Shown: positions 37,620-45,890 of the stretch, one piece after another
How the letters are laid out: every line of letters starts with the position of its first letter
Numbering within the stretch: position 1 is the first letter of the stretch
NCBI GenBank assembly: GCA_037440465.1
Contig: JBBIUB010000001.1
Location: 92,415 to 156,414, forward strand
DNA: 64,000 nt
From: Coprothermobacterota bacterium
GTDB lineage: Bacteria > Coprothermobacterota > HKB111
Reading direction: 5' to 3'
The notes under the pieces: model-generated
Databases searched by the model: none
The model's input: the letters and a program-made list of their open reading frames with translations, nothing else
What the model was told of the DNA's origin: nothing
Made by a program: the position numbers and the translations under genes

Positions 37620-37656
37620 CTATCTTAATAAGCTCCAATATAAGAACCTCCGGAAC

Positions 37657-38364
37657 TTATCCTCCTAAGTATGCTTCCTTTACCTTAGGGTTCTCTTTTA
37701 GATTTTTACATGACCCCTCTAATACTATATTGCCAACCTCCATTAAATAACCGTAGTCGGAGTATTCTAAAGCCATTCTGGCATTTTGTTCTACCAGAAG
37801 AATAGTTGTCCCAAACTCATTTATTTTTTTTATAACTTCAAAAAGTTCATTAACCAGGACTGGTGCTAAACCCATAGATGGTTCATCCAATAGCATCAGC
37901 TTACCTTTTGTTACCATGGCACGTGCCACAGCTAACATCTGCTGTTCTCCTCCAGAAAGTGTTCCAGCAGTCTGTGTTGACCTTTCCTTAAGTCGAGGGA
38001 ATAGTGAAAAAACCAGTTCAAGGTCACCTTTTATCTCTTTTTTATTTTTTCTTGTCCAACCCGCTAATTCGAGATTCTCTAAAACAGTTAGGGTAGAAAA
38101 TACTTTCCTTCCTTCTGGGACATGTGCAATCCCCATAGAAACGATTTCATGTGCAGGCGTTTTTGTAATATCCTTTCCGTCAAAGATTATGATCCCTTCT
38201 TTGGGAACTAACCCGGAGATTGCTCGTAATGTCGTTGATTTACCTGCTCCATTAGCTCCAATGAGAGTTATAATCTTTCCTTTCTCAACCTGGAAATTTA
38301 TCTCTTTTAGAGCCCTTATTCCTCCATAGGACACTTTGAGGTTTTTTGCTTCCAGTATTATCAT
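37657..38364 (-). CDS. livF: Branched-chain amino acid ABC transporter ATP-binding protein LivF-like
   Basis: 235 aa. GANGAGKST, LSGGEQQMLAVARA, LLDEPSMGLAP. Confidence 0.85.
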   Translation of the reverse strand: MIILEAKNLKVSYGGIRALKEINFQVEKGKIITLIGANGAGKSTTLRAISGLVPKEGIIIFDGKDITKTPAHEIVSMGIAHVPEGRKVFSTLTVLENLELAGWTRKNKKEIKGDLELVFSLFPRLKERSTQTAGTLSGGEQQMLAVARAMVTKGKLMLLDEPSMGLAPVLVNELFEVIKKINEFGTTILLVEQNARMALEYSDYGYLMEVGNIVLEGSCKNLKENPKVKEAYLGG

Positions 38365-39140
38365 TACAGTTCAACCCTCCCCTTCCCCAGATAAGCCTCA
38401 ATAACTTTAGCATTGTTCTGAATATCACTAGGTGTACCTTCTGCTATAGTTACTCCAAAATCCATAACTTTTATCCACTCACATATCTTCATAACAAATC
38501 TCATTTGGTGCTCAATAACTAAAAGGGTAAGGCCAAATTCTCTCTTTATATTTAGAAGTAGCTCCATTAAGGCATCTATTTCTCTAGGGTTCATACCTGC
38601 TGCTGGTTCGTCCAGTAATAGTACTCTGGGTTTGGTTGCCAAAGCTCGGGCTATCTCCAGCCTCCTTTGCTCTCCATAAGGTAAGTTTTTAGCCAATTCT
38701 CCTGCTCTATGCACCAAACCAAGGGTTTCCAGTAGCTGTATTGATTCACCTTTTATTCTTTTTTCTTCTCTATCATAAAAGGAATTCCTCAAAAAAACAT
38801 CAAAATATCTGGCTTTATATTTAAGGTGAAAACCTATTCTAACGTTGTCAAGAACAGTAAGATTTCCAAATAACCTTATATTCTGGAATGTCCTGGCTAC
38901 ACCCCTGGAAATTACCTCATGAGGTTTGAGTTTTGTTATTTCTTCACCTTTGAAATAAATAGAGCCCTTTGTGGGGATATATACACCTGTAACAAGATTA
39001 AAAACTGTTGTTTTACCAGCACCGTTTGGTCCTATTATTCCCCATAAGGCACCTTCTGGTAGTTCAAGATTAAAGTTAATAACAGCCTTGAGTCCACCAA
39101 AGAACTGAGTTAACTCGGTGGTAGTTAGTACAGCTCCCAT
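38364..39140 (-). CDS. livG: Branched-chain amino acid ABC transporter ATP-binding protein LivG-like
   Basis: 258 aa. GPNGAGKTT, LPYGEQRRLEIARA, LLDEPAAGMNP and a C-terminal BCA_ABC_TP_C-like tail. Confidence 0.85.
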   Translation of the reverse strand: MGAVLTTTELTQFFGGLKAVINFNLELPEGALWGIIGPNGAGKTTVFNLVTGVYIPTKGSIYFKGEEITKLKPHEVISRGVARTFQNIRLFGNLTVLDNVRIGFHLKYKARYFDVFLRNSFYDREEKRIKGESIQLLETLGLVHRAGELAKNLPYGEQRRLEIARALATKPRVLLLDEPAAGMNPREIDALMELLLNIKREFGLTLLVIEHQMRFVMKICEWIKVMDFGVTIAEGTPSDIQNNAKVIEAYLGKGRVEL

Positions 39141-40148
39141 TTATCTATCCTCCTCAGGAATAAGTATTTTTGCCTCTTTTCCCCCAAACAACCCTTCAGG
39201 TCTGAAGAGAATAATTATAATAAGTAAGAAGGAATAAAGTACCATCCTCCATTCCTGCCCTACCTCAAAACCCCACCTTGGCAGTGTAAAACTACTCATT
39301 GAAGAAAAAAGCACAGGAAGAGCATATCTTTCCAGAACAGTTAGAACAAAGGCTGCTAGAATTGAGCCTGTCAGACTTCCCATTCCTCCAACATATAAAA
39401 ATACCAGTAATAAAATTGAACCCATAAAACCAAATTGCGTAGGGTGAGCAATCTTAATAAGATGGCAGAGTAAACCACCACCAATTCCAGCAAAGAATGC
39501 CCCTACTGTGAAGGCGAACATCTTATATTTTGTGGTATCAACACCAACCAAAGCGGAGGCTATATAGTCTTCCCGAATAGATAAAAGGGCACGACCATAG
39601 CTGGAATAAATAATATTTCTTAATATTAGTATGGTCAGGAAGGTTATCAAAAATATAATTGTGAAGTCTGAAATACGGGGTATTCCTAAAAGACCTCTTG
39701 GTCCTCCAACATAGTCAATGTTATTAATAATCACCCTTATCATTTCTCCAAACCCCAGGGTAGTTATTGCCAGATAATCACCCCTAAGTCTGAAGCTAGG
39801 GATGCTTATTAAGAAACCAGCTAACGCTGCAGCGATTCCACCTAAAGTGAGGGCAACCAGGAAAAGTGGTACGCGAGTATGCATGGGAGTATCAATAGAT
39901 AATTTCCAGATCAGGGTGGTTAAAATACCAGAAATGTAAGCTCCGATACCTGCAAAACCCATATGTCCAATAGAAAACTGGCCAGTAAAACCGTTAATGA
40001 GATTCAAACTGGATGTAAGAATCATATAAACCAAAGATAAATTTATAACTAACATGGGGAAATCGCCAAGAAACCCTATAGTTTTTAATCCAAATACAAC
40101 CAGATAAACTGCCAGACCTGCTAAAATAAGTTTTAAATCCCTTTTCAT
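39141..40148 (-). CDS. livM: Branched-chain amino acid ABC permease LivM-like
   Basis: 335 aa polytopic. GQFSIGHMGFAGIGAY block. Confidence 0.85.
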   Translation of the reverse strand: MKRDLKLILAGLAVYLVVFGLKTIGFLGDFPMLVINLSLVYMILTSSLNLINGFTGQFSIGHMGFAGIGAYISGILTTLIWKLSIDTPMHTRVPLFLVALTLGGIAAALAGFLISIPSFRLRGDYLAITTLGFGEMIRVIINNIDYVGGPRGLLGIPRISDFTIIFLITFLTILILRNIIYSSYGRALLSIREDYIASALVGVDTTKYKMFAFTVGAFFAGIGGGLLCHLIKIAHPTQFGFMGSILLLVFLYVGGMGSLTGSILAAFVLTVLERYALPVLFSSMSSFTLPRWGFEVGQEWRMVLYSFLLIIIILFRPEGLFGGKEAKILIPEEDR

Positions 40149-40156
40149 ATCTTCTC

Positions 40157-41068
40157 CTACACCTTTTCAGCAGTCTTCTCCCCCAGTATTCCTTGAGGTC
40201 TAAAGAGAAGAACTAATATTAAGATAGCAAAGGCTATACCCTCTCCGTATAGAGAGCGATAAGCAGTGGCATAAGTTTCAGCAATGCCCATTATATAGCC
40301 ACCCAGCATTGCACCAGGTATATTCCCTATACCTCCTAAAACAGCAGCTACAAAAGCTTTTAAGCCTGGTAGAATACCCATGTAGGGAAAAATCCTGGGG
40401 TATGTTATGGAAGCCAGAAGGCCTGCAGCACCAGCAAAAGAACCCCCTATAAAAAATGTGAAAGTAATAATTTTCTCTACATCTATTCCCATAAGTCTTG
40501 CAGCATCTTTATCCAGAGCCACTGCCCTCATTGCTTTCCCCATCATCGTTTTTCTTACTATAAAAGTAAGGAAAAGCATTAAACTTATTGTCACAGCCAG
40601 ATTAATTATCTGATAGTTATTAAGTTGTATTAAACCAAATTGATAAGGTCTTCTCTGAATAATCTCAGGAAAAGCCCTAAAGGAAGCGCCTATAAAAGGT
40701 AATGAGGAAAAGAGGTATTCGATAAACATAGATACACCAATTGCTGCGATCAGGGCAGAAAGTCTTGGACGGTATCTTAGAGGCTTATAGACTAATCGAT
40801 TGGTTAACATGGCTGCGCATGCAGAAGCAAGCATACTCCCAATAAATATCAGCACAATGGGAGCATTACCTAGCCTTGCTACTAAATAAGTGGACATAAA
40901 AAAAGCAGCATAGGCACCTATCATAAAAAAATCCCCATGAGCAAAATTTATCAACCTAATTATGCCATACACCATGGTATAACCCAGGGCAATCAGAGCA
41001 TATATAGAGCCTAATTGAATCCCATTAACTAACTGCTTGAAATTGAATATAGCGCTGATAGTTTCCAT
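40157..41068 (-). CDS. livH: Branched-chain amino acid ABC permease LivH-like
   Basis: 303 aa polytopic. INFAHGDFFMIGAY block. Confidence 0.85.
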   Translation of the reverse strand: METISAIFNFKQLVNGIQLGSIYALIALGYTMVYGIIRLINFAHGDFFMIGAYAAFFMSTYLVARLGNAPIVLIFIGSMLASACAAMLTNRLVYKPLRYRPRLSALIAAIGVSMFIEYLFSSLPFIGASFRAFPEIIQRRPYQFGLIQLNNYQIINLAVTISLMLFLTFIVRKTMMGKAMRAVALDKDAARLMGIDVEKIITFTFFIGGSFAGAAGLLASITYPRIFPYMGILPGLKAFVAAVLGGIGNIPGAMLGGYIMGIAETYATAYRSLYGEGIAFAILILVLLFRPQGILGEKTAEKV

Positions 41069-41120
41069 AGAGTATTAACTTTCTCCTTTATTCACGCATA
41101 AATCAAAACGATTTTTATAA

Positions 41121-41155
41121 CAAAAGATGGGGGGAGGCAGATGTGCTCTCCCCCC
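41121..41155 (-). terminator. Intrinsic terminator/attenuator hairpin after the LivJ-like gene
   Basis: 8-bp G/C stem GGGGGGAG (41129-41136) / CTCCCCCC (41148-41155). On the minus strand it is followed by ATCTTTTG. Lies between the SBP and permease genes. Confidence 0.55.
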
Positions 41156-41181
41156 TTTAATTACAAACCTGCTATATCAGT

Positions 41182-42318
41182 TTATGGCTCTACGGTTGCT
41201 CTGTAAATGTGCTTACCACCCTTAATCTCAATTATTACAGCAGACTTAATGGGGTCACCATTTTCATCAAATTGAATAACACCAGAAACAGCACTGAACT
41301 TAGCTACTTTCAGAGCATCCTTAATCTTTGTGCCATCTGTTGAGCCAGCTCTCTTAATAGCATCAAACATAACATTTGCAGCATCATAAGCTAAAGCTGC
41401 CAGAGCATCAGGGTCTGTGCCAAATTTGGCTTTGAACCTGTTCACAAAATCCTGCACAATAGGCCTTGTGTCATCTTTAGAAAAATGGTTGGTATAGAAG
41501 CCTCCTTCAATAGCATCTCCACCTATCTTGACAAGATCCGGAGAATCCCATCCATCTCCACCAAGGAAAGCACCTGTGAAGCCAAGGGCTCTGGCTTGTT
41601 TGGCAATTAATCCAGCATCGTTGTAGTAATCCGGGATGTAAATAAGTTCTGGGCCTGCAGCAATAATTTTTGTTAGTTGAGCATGAAAGTCGGTAACTCC
41701 AGCTGGATGTCCTTCAAAAGCTACAATGGTTCCACCAAGCTTTACAAACTGAGCTTGAAAGAATTCTGCTAGTCCTTTTGTATAGTCGTTTGCAATATCG
41801 TAAAGTACTCCTACTTTCTTTAGTCCGAGATTCTTGTAAGCAAAGTTTGCCCCTACTGTTCCCTGGAATGGGTCAAGGAAACAAGCCCTGAAGATAAAAT
41901 CTTTACCAATCGTAACTTTGGGGTTAGTAGAAGTTGGAGAGATCATAGGGATCTTACTTTCTTGAGCTACAGAAGACATAGGAATAGAGCACTTACTCAT
42001 AACTGTCCCCACAATTGCATATACCTTCTCCATCTCAATTAACCTGGTTGCTTCACTTACTGCTGTTGTAGGGTCTCCCTTATCGTCTGCTACTTTCAAG
42101 AAAATTTTTCTCCCAAGAATCCCTCCATTGGCATTCCACTCCTCAGCAGCAAGCTCTACTCCCTGCTTAGTAGAAATGCCAAAGGTAGCAGCTTCACCAC
42201 TTATTGGAGCTACAACCCCAATTACAATATCTCCCACTTCAGCTTTAGGTTTAACAAAATAATATGCAACACCAGCAACTACAAGCACCACTACTAAAAT
42301 CCAAACCCAATTTTTCAT
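41182..42318 (-). CDS. LIV-type (Peripla_BP_6) amino-acid ABC substrate-binding protein
   Basis: 378 aa. IVIGVVAPISGEAATFG, GILGRKI and VYAIVGTVMS blocks. N-terminal hydrophobic anchor with no lipobox Cys. Confidence 0.85.
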   Translation of the reverse strand: MKNWVWILVVVLVVAGVAYYFVKPKAEVGDIVIGVVAPISGEAATFGISTKQGVELAAEEWNANGGILGRKIFLKVADDKGDPTTAVSEATRLIEMEKVYAIVGTVMSKCSIPMSSVAQESKIPMISPTSTNPKVTIGKDFIFRACFLDPFQGTVGANFAYKNLGLKKVGVLYDIANDYTKGLAEFFQAQFVKLGGTIVAFEGHPAGVTDFHAQLTKIIAAGPELIYIPDYYNDAGLIAKQARALGFTGAFLGGDGWDSPDLVKIGGDAIEGGFYTNHFSKDDTRPIVQDFVNRFKAKFGTDPDALAALAYDAANVMFDAIKRAGSTDGTKIKDALKVAKFSAVSGVIQFDENGDPIKSAVIIEIKGGKHIYRATVEP

Positions 42319-42348
42319 GCCTTTACCTCCTTAAAAATAGTTTCGCCT

Positions 42349-42377
42349 ATTCTATCAATCATTTTCAATTCTGTCAA
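42349..42377 (-). promoter_or_regulatory. Sigma-70-type promoter candidate for the liv operon
   Basis: Minus strand: TTGACA (42372-42377), 17-nt spacer, TAGAAT (42349-42354). About 30 nt upstream of the ATG, with AAGGAGG in between. Confidence 0.55.
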
Positions 42378-42772
42378 TGTTTTTTACAAAAGTTGATGTT
42401 ACTATTTTGAAATGTTAAGGATTATTAGTATTATGAAACAATATGCTGAAACGATGATAAATTAAGTTCAGCACATAGTTCAACATGAAAATAATAAAAT
42501 AGATTCAGAAGATAAAAAAATAGATATTTATTTATAGTCAAGACCTTAACCTTAATCTACTCCGCTTTTTAATTTTAAATATCCTGTTATTTAACAATTC
42601 CTAAACATATTTTTTAAAAACACCTTTTTATCTAAGAATAACCAAAAAAATTAGAATTTTTAAATGAAAAAAATACTTAAATAAAGGAATCATATAGCAT
42701 ACCAGGAAATATTCATATGATTTAAATAGCATTAAAAAGTATAGTTAAACACTAAGATATGTTTATTGGAAG

Positions 42773-43591
42773 TTATTTAATCTTCTCTTCAAGAAAGAGG
42801 GTCTTCTGGTAAGCAGCCCAAACGGCTTTTGATATAGCTGTTCTGAAATTTTCTTTTTCCAGTTGATAAAGAGCTTCTGCTGATGTTCCTCCTGGTGAAG
42901 TTACCATATTCTTAAGTTCTGCTGGATGTTGTGATGTATGGATAGCCAGAAGAGTAGAGCCAAGTATAGTCTTTAATACCATTTCTTTTGCAAGATCTCG
43001 AGGAAAACCCAGATGAACTGCTGCATCTACAAATGCTTCAATAAAAAGAAAAATATAACTGGGTCCTGTTCCACTTACTGCTGTGGCCATGGCAACATAC
43101 TGTTCATCTTCTACATATATCTCCTCCCCGAGAGCCTTCAACACTTCCCTTACCTTTTCCTTTGTATCATCATCAACCTCAGGAGTGCCTGTCCAGAGGG
43201 TTACTCCCTTTCCTATCTGGGCTGGAGTATTGGGCATAGACCTCACTATCTTGTTGTGTTTTAAACCTTCCCGGAGAAAAGATAGGGTAGCACCAGCAGC
43301 AATGGATATGACAACCTGTTTTTCCTCAAGCTTTCCCTGAAGGTCAGAAAAAACCGCCTTAAGGTTCTGCGGTTTTACTGATAAAACTATAATATCAGAA
43401 CCCTGAGCTGCTTCTAAATTAGAAGTAGTTACTTTTATTCCGAATTCGTTCTTTAAGCCATCTAATTTAGAAAGACGAGGTCCACTGGCGATGATATTTT
43501 TCGCACCTGATAGTTTATTAGTAAGTAATCCCTGAATAAAACTCCTGGCCATGGCTCCGCCGCCAATAAAAGATATTTTATCTATTTTCAT
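42773..43591 (-). CDS. proC: Pyrroline-5-carboxylate reductase
   Basis: 272 aa. FIGGGAMA Rossmann start, RSMPNTPA and VTSPGGTS blocks. Confidence 0.9.
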   Translation of the reverse strand: MKIDKISFIGGGAMARSFIQGLLTNKLSGAKNIIASGPRLSKLDGLKNEFGIKVTTSNLEAAQGSDIIVLSVKPQNLKAVFSDLQGKLEEKQVVISIAAGATLSFLREGLKHNKIVRSMPNTPAQIGKGVTLWTGTPEVDDDTKEKVREVLKALGEEIYVEDEQYVAMATAVSGTGPSYIFLFIEAFVDAAVHLGFPRDLAKEMVLKTILGSTLLAIHTSQHPAELKNMVTSPGGTSAEALYQLEKENFRTAISKAVWAAYQKTLFLEEKIK

Positions 43592-43653
43592 ATTAGTCTC
43601 CTTCTTCTGATAGAATCAATTCATATTGTTTCTCAGTACTTATCTGATTATTA

Positions 43654-45168
43654 CTAAATTTTACCTTCAACACCAGAGGACTTTAACAAAAACCTTTTGA
43701 AATCCTCAAGTTCCCTACTTAAAGATCTATCTTCTTTGAAGGGAGTAAGGAATTTACTATTTTCATCAAAAAAACGACGTGTTCCTCTGCCAGATAATTC
43801 CAAGCCTTGTCTTCTTACTGCTTCAAAAGAAACATACAATTCGATTGTAACTAATGAATAAAGATTATTAATTAGATCAAGAAGTTTCAAGACAGCATTC
43901 ATCCCCATGCTTACATGGTCTTCCTGCCCTTGTGCTGTTGGTATAGAATCTGAAGAAGCAGGGTGGGTAAGGACTTTATTATAATTCACCAGAGAGGCAG
44001 CCTGATATTGAAGAAGCATAAGCCCATTATCAACTCCAGGTCTTTCTGCCAGATAAGTATGAAGTGATTTTTCGTATGTGCCACTTAAAATTTTATCAAC
44101 TCTTCTTTCAGAGATAGACCCAAGAAAACTCAAAGCCAAATTTAGTGTATCCGCAGCCCAAGCAAGAGGAGCACCATGAAAATTACCCTGACTGATAACC
44201 CGACCGTCAGAGGTAATAAGAGGATTGTCTGTGACAGAGTTTATTTCAGTTTCAATGATATCTTTTATAATTGATAAAGCCAAAAAAACAGTTCCATGTA
44301 CTTGAGGAATGCATCTTATAGAATAGGCTTCTTGAACTCTATGAAGAGGAAGTGGGTTTATCAATTTACTATCCCGTAGATTATCTCTAATACTAAGTAT
44401 GGTTTCTTTGAACCCTTTATGCGGACGTAAAGTAAAAACTTCATCTTCTAAAAAAGATGTTGAGGATCTCATAGCTTCAATTGTCATAGAAGCTGCTAAG
44501 TTAAATAGTTTCCAGAGGTTTTTTCCAAGATGATAAGAATAGATAAGAAGGGATAACATTGCTTGAGTTCCATTTATTAATGCAAGCCCTTCCTTGAGCT
44601 TTAGAGGATAAGGTTTTAGTTTTAAAAAATCAAGAGCTTCGTTGCCTTTCATATGTTGGCCCTTCAACTGAACCTCTCCTTCTCCTACTAAGGGTTGAGC
44701 TAAGTGTGCTAAAGGAATTAGATCGCCAGAAGCTCCAACTGAACCTCTTCTTGGAACTACAGGGTATACTTCATTGTTTAGAAACTCAATAAGATACCTA
44801 ACCAGTTCCCCCCTTACACCTGAATAATTATTAAGTAGAGTGTGCGCTCTTAAAAGAAGCATAGCCCGTATCACAGGCTCTGGCAATGGTTCCCCTAAGC
44901 CCTGAGCATGGCTTAGAATCAATTTTTTCTGAAGAAGGTGCGATTCTTCAGGAGTTACACCAATTTCCGATAGCGATCCAAACCCTGTAGTAATTCCATA
45001 AATCTGCTGACCACTCATAACAATTTTCTCTAAAACCAAGAATGTTTCATTCATCTTATTAAGTATAGTAGGATGTAGAATTACTTTTCTCTTTTCAAGA
45101 GCTACTTCGAGAACTTCATAAAGAGTTATGGGTTGATCACTTAGAATAAGTTCGTCTTTGTTATCCAA
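43654..45168 (-). CDS. hutH: Histidine ammonia-lyase
   Basis: 504 aa. MIO-forming GSVGASGDLIPLAH motif, plus NGTQ and QEDHVSMG blocks. Confidence 0.9.
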   Translation of the reverse strand: MDNKDELILSDQPITLYEVLEVALEKRKVILHPTILNKMNETFLVLEKIVMSGQQIYGITTGFGSLSEIGVTPEESHLLQKKLILSHAQGLGEPLPEPVIRAMLLLRAHTLLNNYSGVRGELVRYLIEFLNNEVYPVVPRRGSVGASGDLIPLAHLAQPLVGEGEVQLKGQHMKGNEALDFLKLKPYPLKLKEGLALINGTQAMLSLLIYSYHLGKNLWKLFNLAASMTIEAMRSSTSFLEDEVFTLRPHKGFKETILSIRDNLRDSKLINPLPLHRVQEAYSIRCIPQVHGTVFLALSIIKDIIETEINSVTDNPLITSDGRVISQGNFHGAPLAWAADTLNLALSFLGSISERRVDKILSGTYEKSLHTYLAERPGVDNGLMLLQYQAASLVNYNKVLTHPASSDSIPTAQGQEDHVSMGMNAVLKLLDLINNLYSLVTIELYVSFEAVRRQGLELSGRGTRRFFDENSKFLTPFKEDRSLSRELEDFKRFLLKSSGVEGKI

Positions 45169-45174
45169 TAAGCC

Positions 45175-45552
45175 TCACTCCAATATTACCAGAGAGTCTC
45201 CGGTATTAACTACCTTTCCTTCTGAAACTAAAAGTTCAAATACTATACCATCTCGAGGTACCAATATCTCACTTTCCATTTTCATCGCTTCTATTAAAAT
45301 AATTGCTTCTCCTTTTTTAATTGACTGGCCTTTTTGTGTCCTTATCTTTAAAATCCTACCAGGCAAGGGGGCTTTTACAATAACTTTTGAGCTTTCAGTA
45401 GACAAAGATGTTTGTTTTACAGTATCAACTTCTGAAGTTAAATTTCTTTCAATAATCTCCTGCTGTTGCACTTGTCTAACATCTTCCTTTATCTCTTCAA
45501 CCTCGACTTCAAATAATTTTCCTTCTACTCTAACCCGAAAACGTCGTTGCAT
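45175..45552 (-). CDS. Biotin carboxyl carrier subunit (decarboxylase gamma / MmdC-type)
   Basis: 125 aa. C-terminal biotinyl domain with the EAMKME biotin-lysine motif. Confidence 0.8.
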   Translation of the reverse strand: MQRRFRVRVEGKLFEVEVEEIKEDVRQVQQQEIIERNLTSEVDTVKQTSLSTESSKVIVKAPLPGRILKIRTQKGQSIKKGEAIILIEAMKMESEILVPRDGIVFELLVSEGKVVNTGDSLVILE

Positions 45553-45555
45553 ATA

Positions 45556-45870
45556 TTACCTCCATGATAGTCTTCGTGAAGATTCCAAAATTGAACATAC
45601 TAAATTTCTAGATGTCTGCTTACGACCTGGTAAAATAATTCTATTTTCTTTCTCCTCTTCAAGTAGATAAAGAACTGCCCCCAGAACAGCAGCTTGAGTC
45701 AAATGAATTTCGCTTTTTTCCATTTTATTCCTGCTTATGTTTTCAGTTATCATTTTTCTTTTGGTTCTGGTAAGTAAAATACCCATAAGAAAAACAAGAA
45801 ACCCTAAAGAACCAAGCACTACAAAAGTAGTAAACAATCCATTAATAGAAATTAATAAAACATCTTTCAC
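45556..45870 (-). CDS. OadG/MmdD-like small membrane subunit of a Na+-translocating decarboxylase
   Basis: 104 aa. N-terminal hydrophobic helix INGLFTTFVVLGSLGFLVFLMGILL. Positioned between the carboxyltransferase and the BCCP. Confidence 0.55.
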   Translation of the reverse strand: MKDVLLISINGLFTTFVVLGSLGFLVFLMGILLTRTKRKMITENISRNKMEKSEIHLTQAAVLGAVLYLLEEEKENRIILPGRKQTSRNLVCSILESSRRLSWR

Positions 45871-45890
45871 TTCTATACTCCAAAGATTAA

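Noticed and set aside
42319-42772. Possible T-box or amino-acid leader/attenuator upstream of the liv operon.
   Set aside because: There is no T-box sequence (GGUGGUACCGCG-like) and no specifier-loop architecture on the minus strand. The mini-ORFs are on the wrong strand or lack Leu/Ile/Val runs. A good promoter sits only about 30 nt from the ATG.
45158-45670. A 170-aa plus-strand ORF, Ser/Thr/Phe-rich, antisense to the BCCP and OadG-like genes.
   Set aside because: It is a shadow ORF opposite well-supported genes, with no recognisable motif and no SD. The same applies to other antisense or embedded track ORFs (e.g. 909-1112, 2083-2358, 2782-3156, 8959-9315, 16577-16954, 17610-17981, 23608-24000, 29637-30035, 35824-36165, 37916-38329, 52280-52612, 59388-59734).
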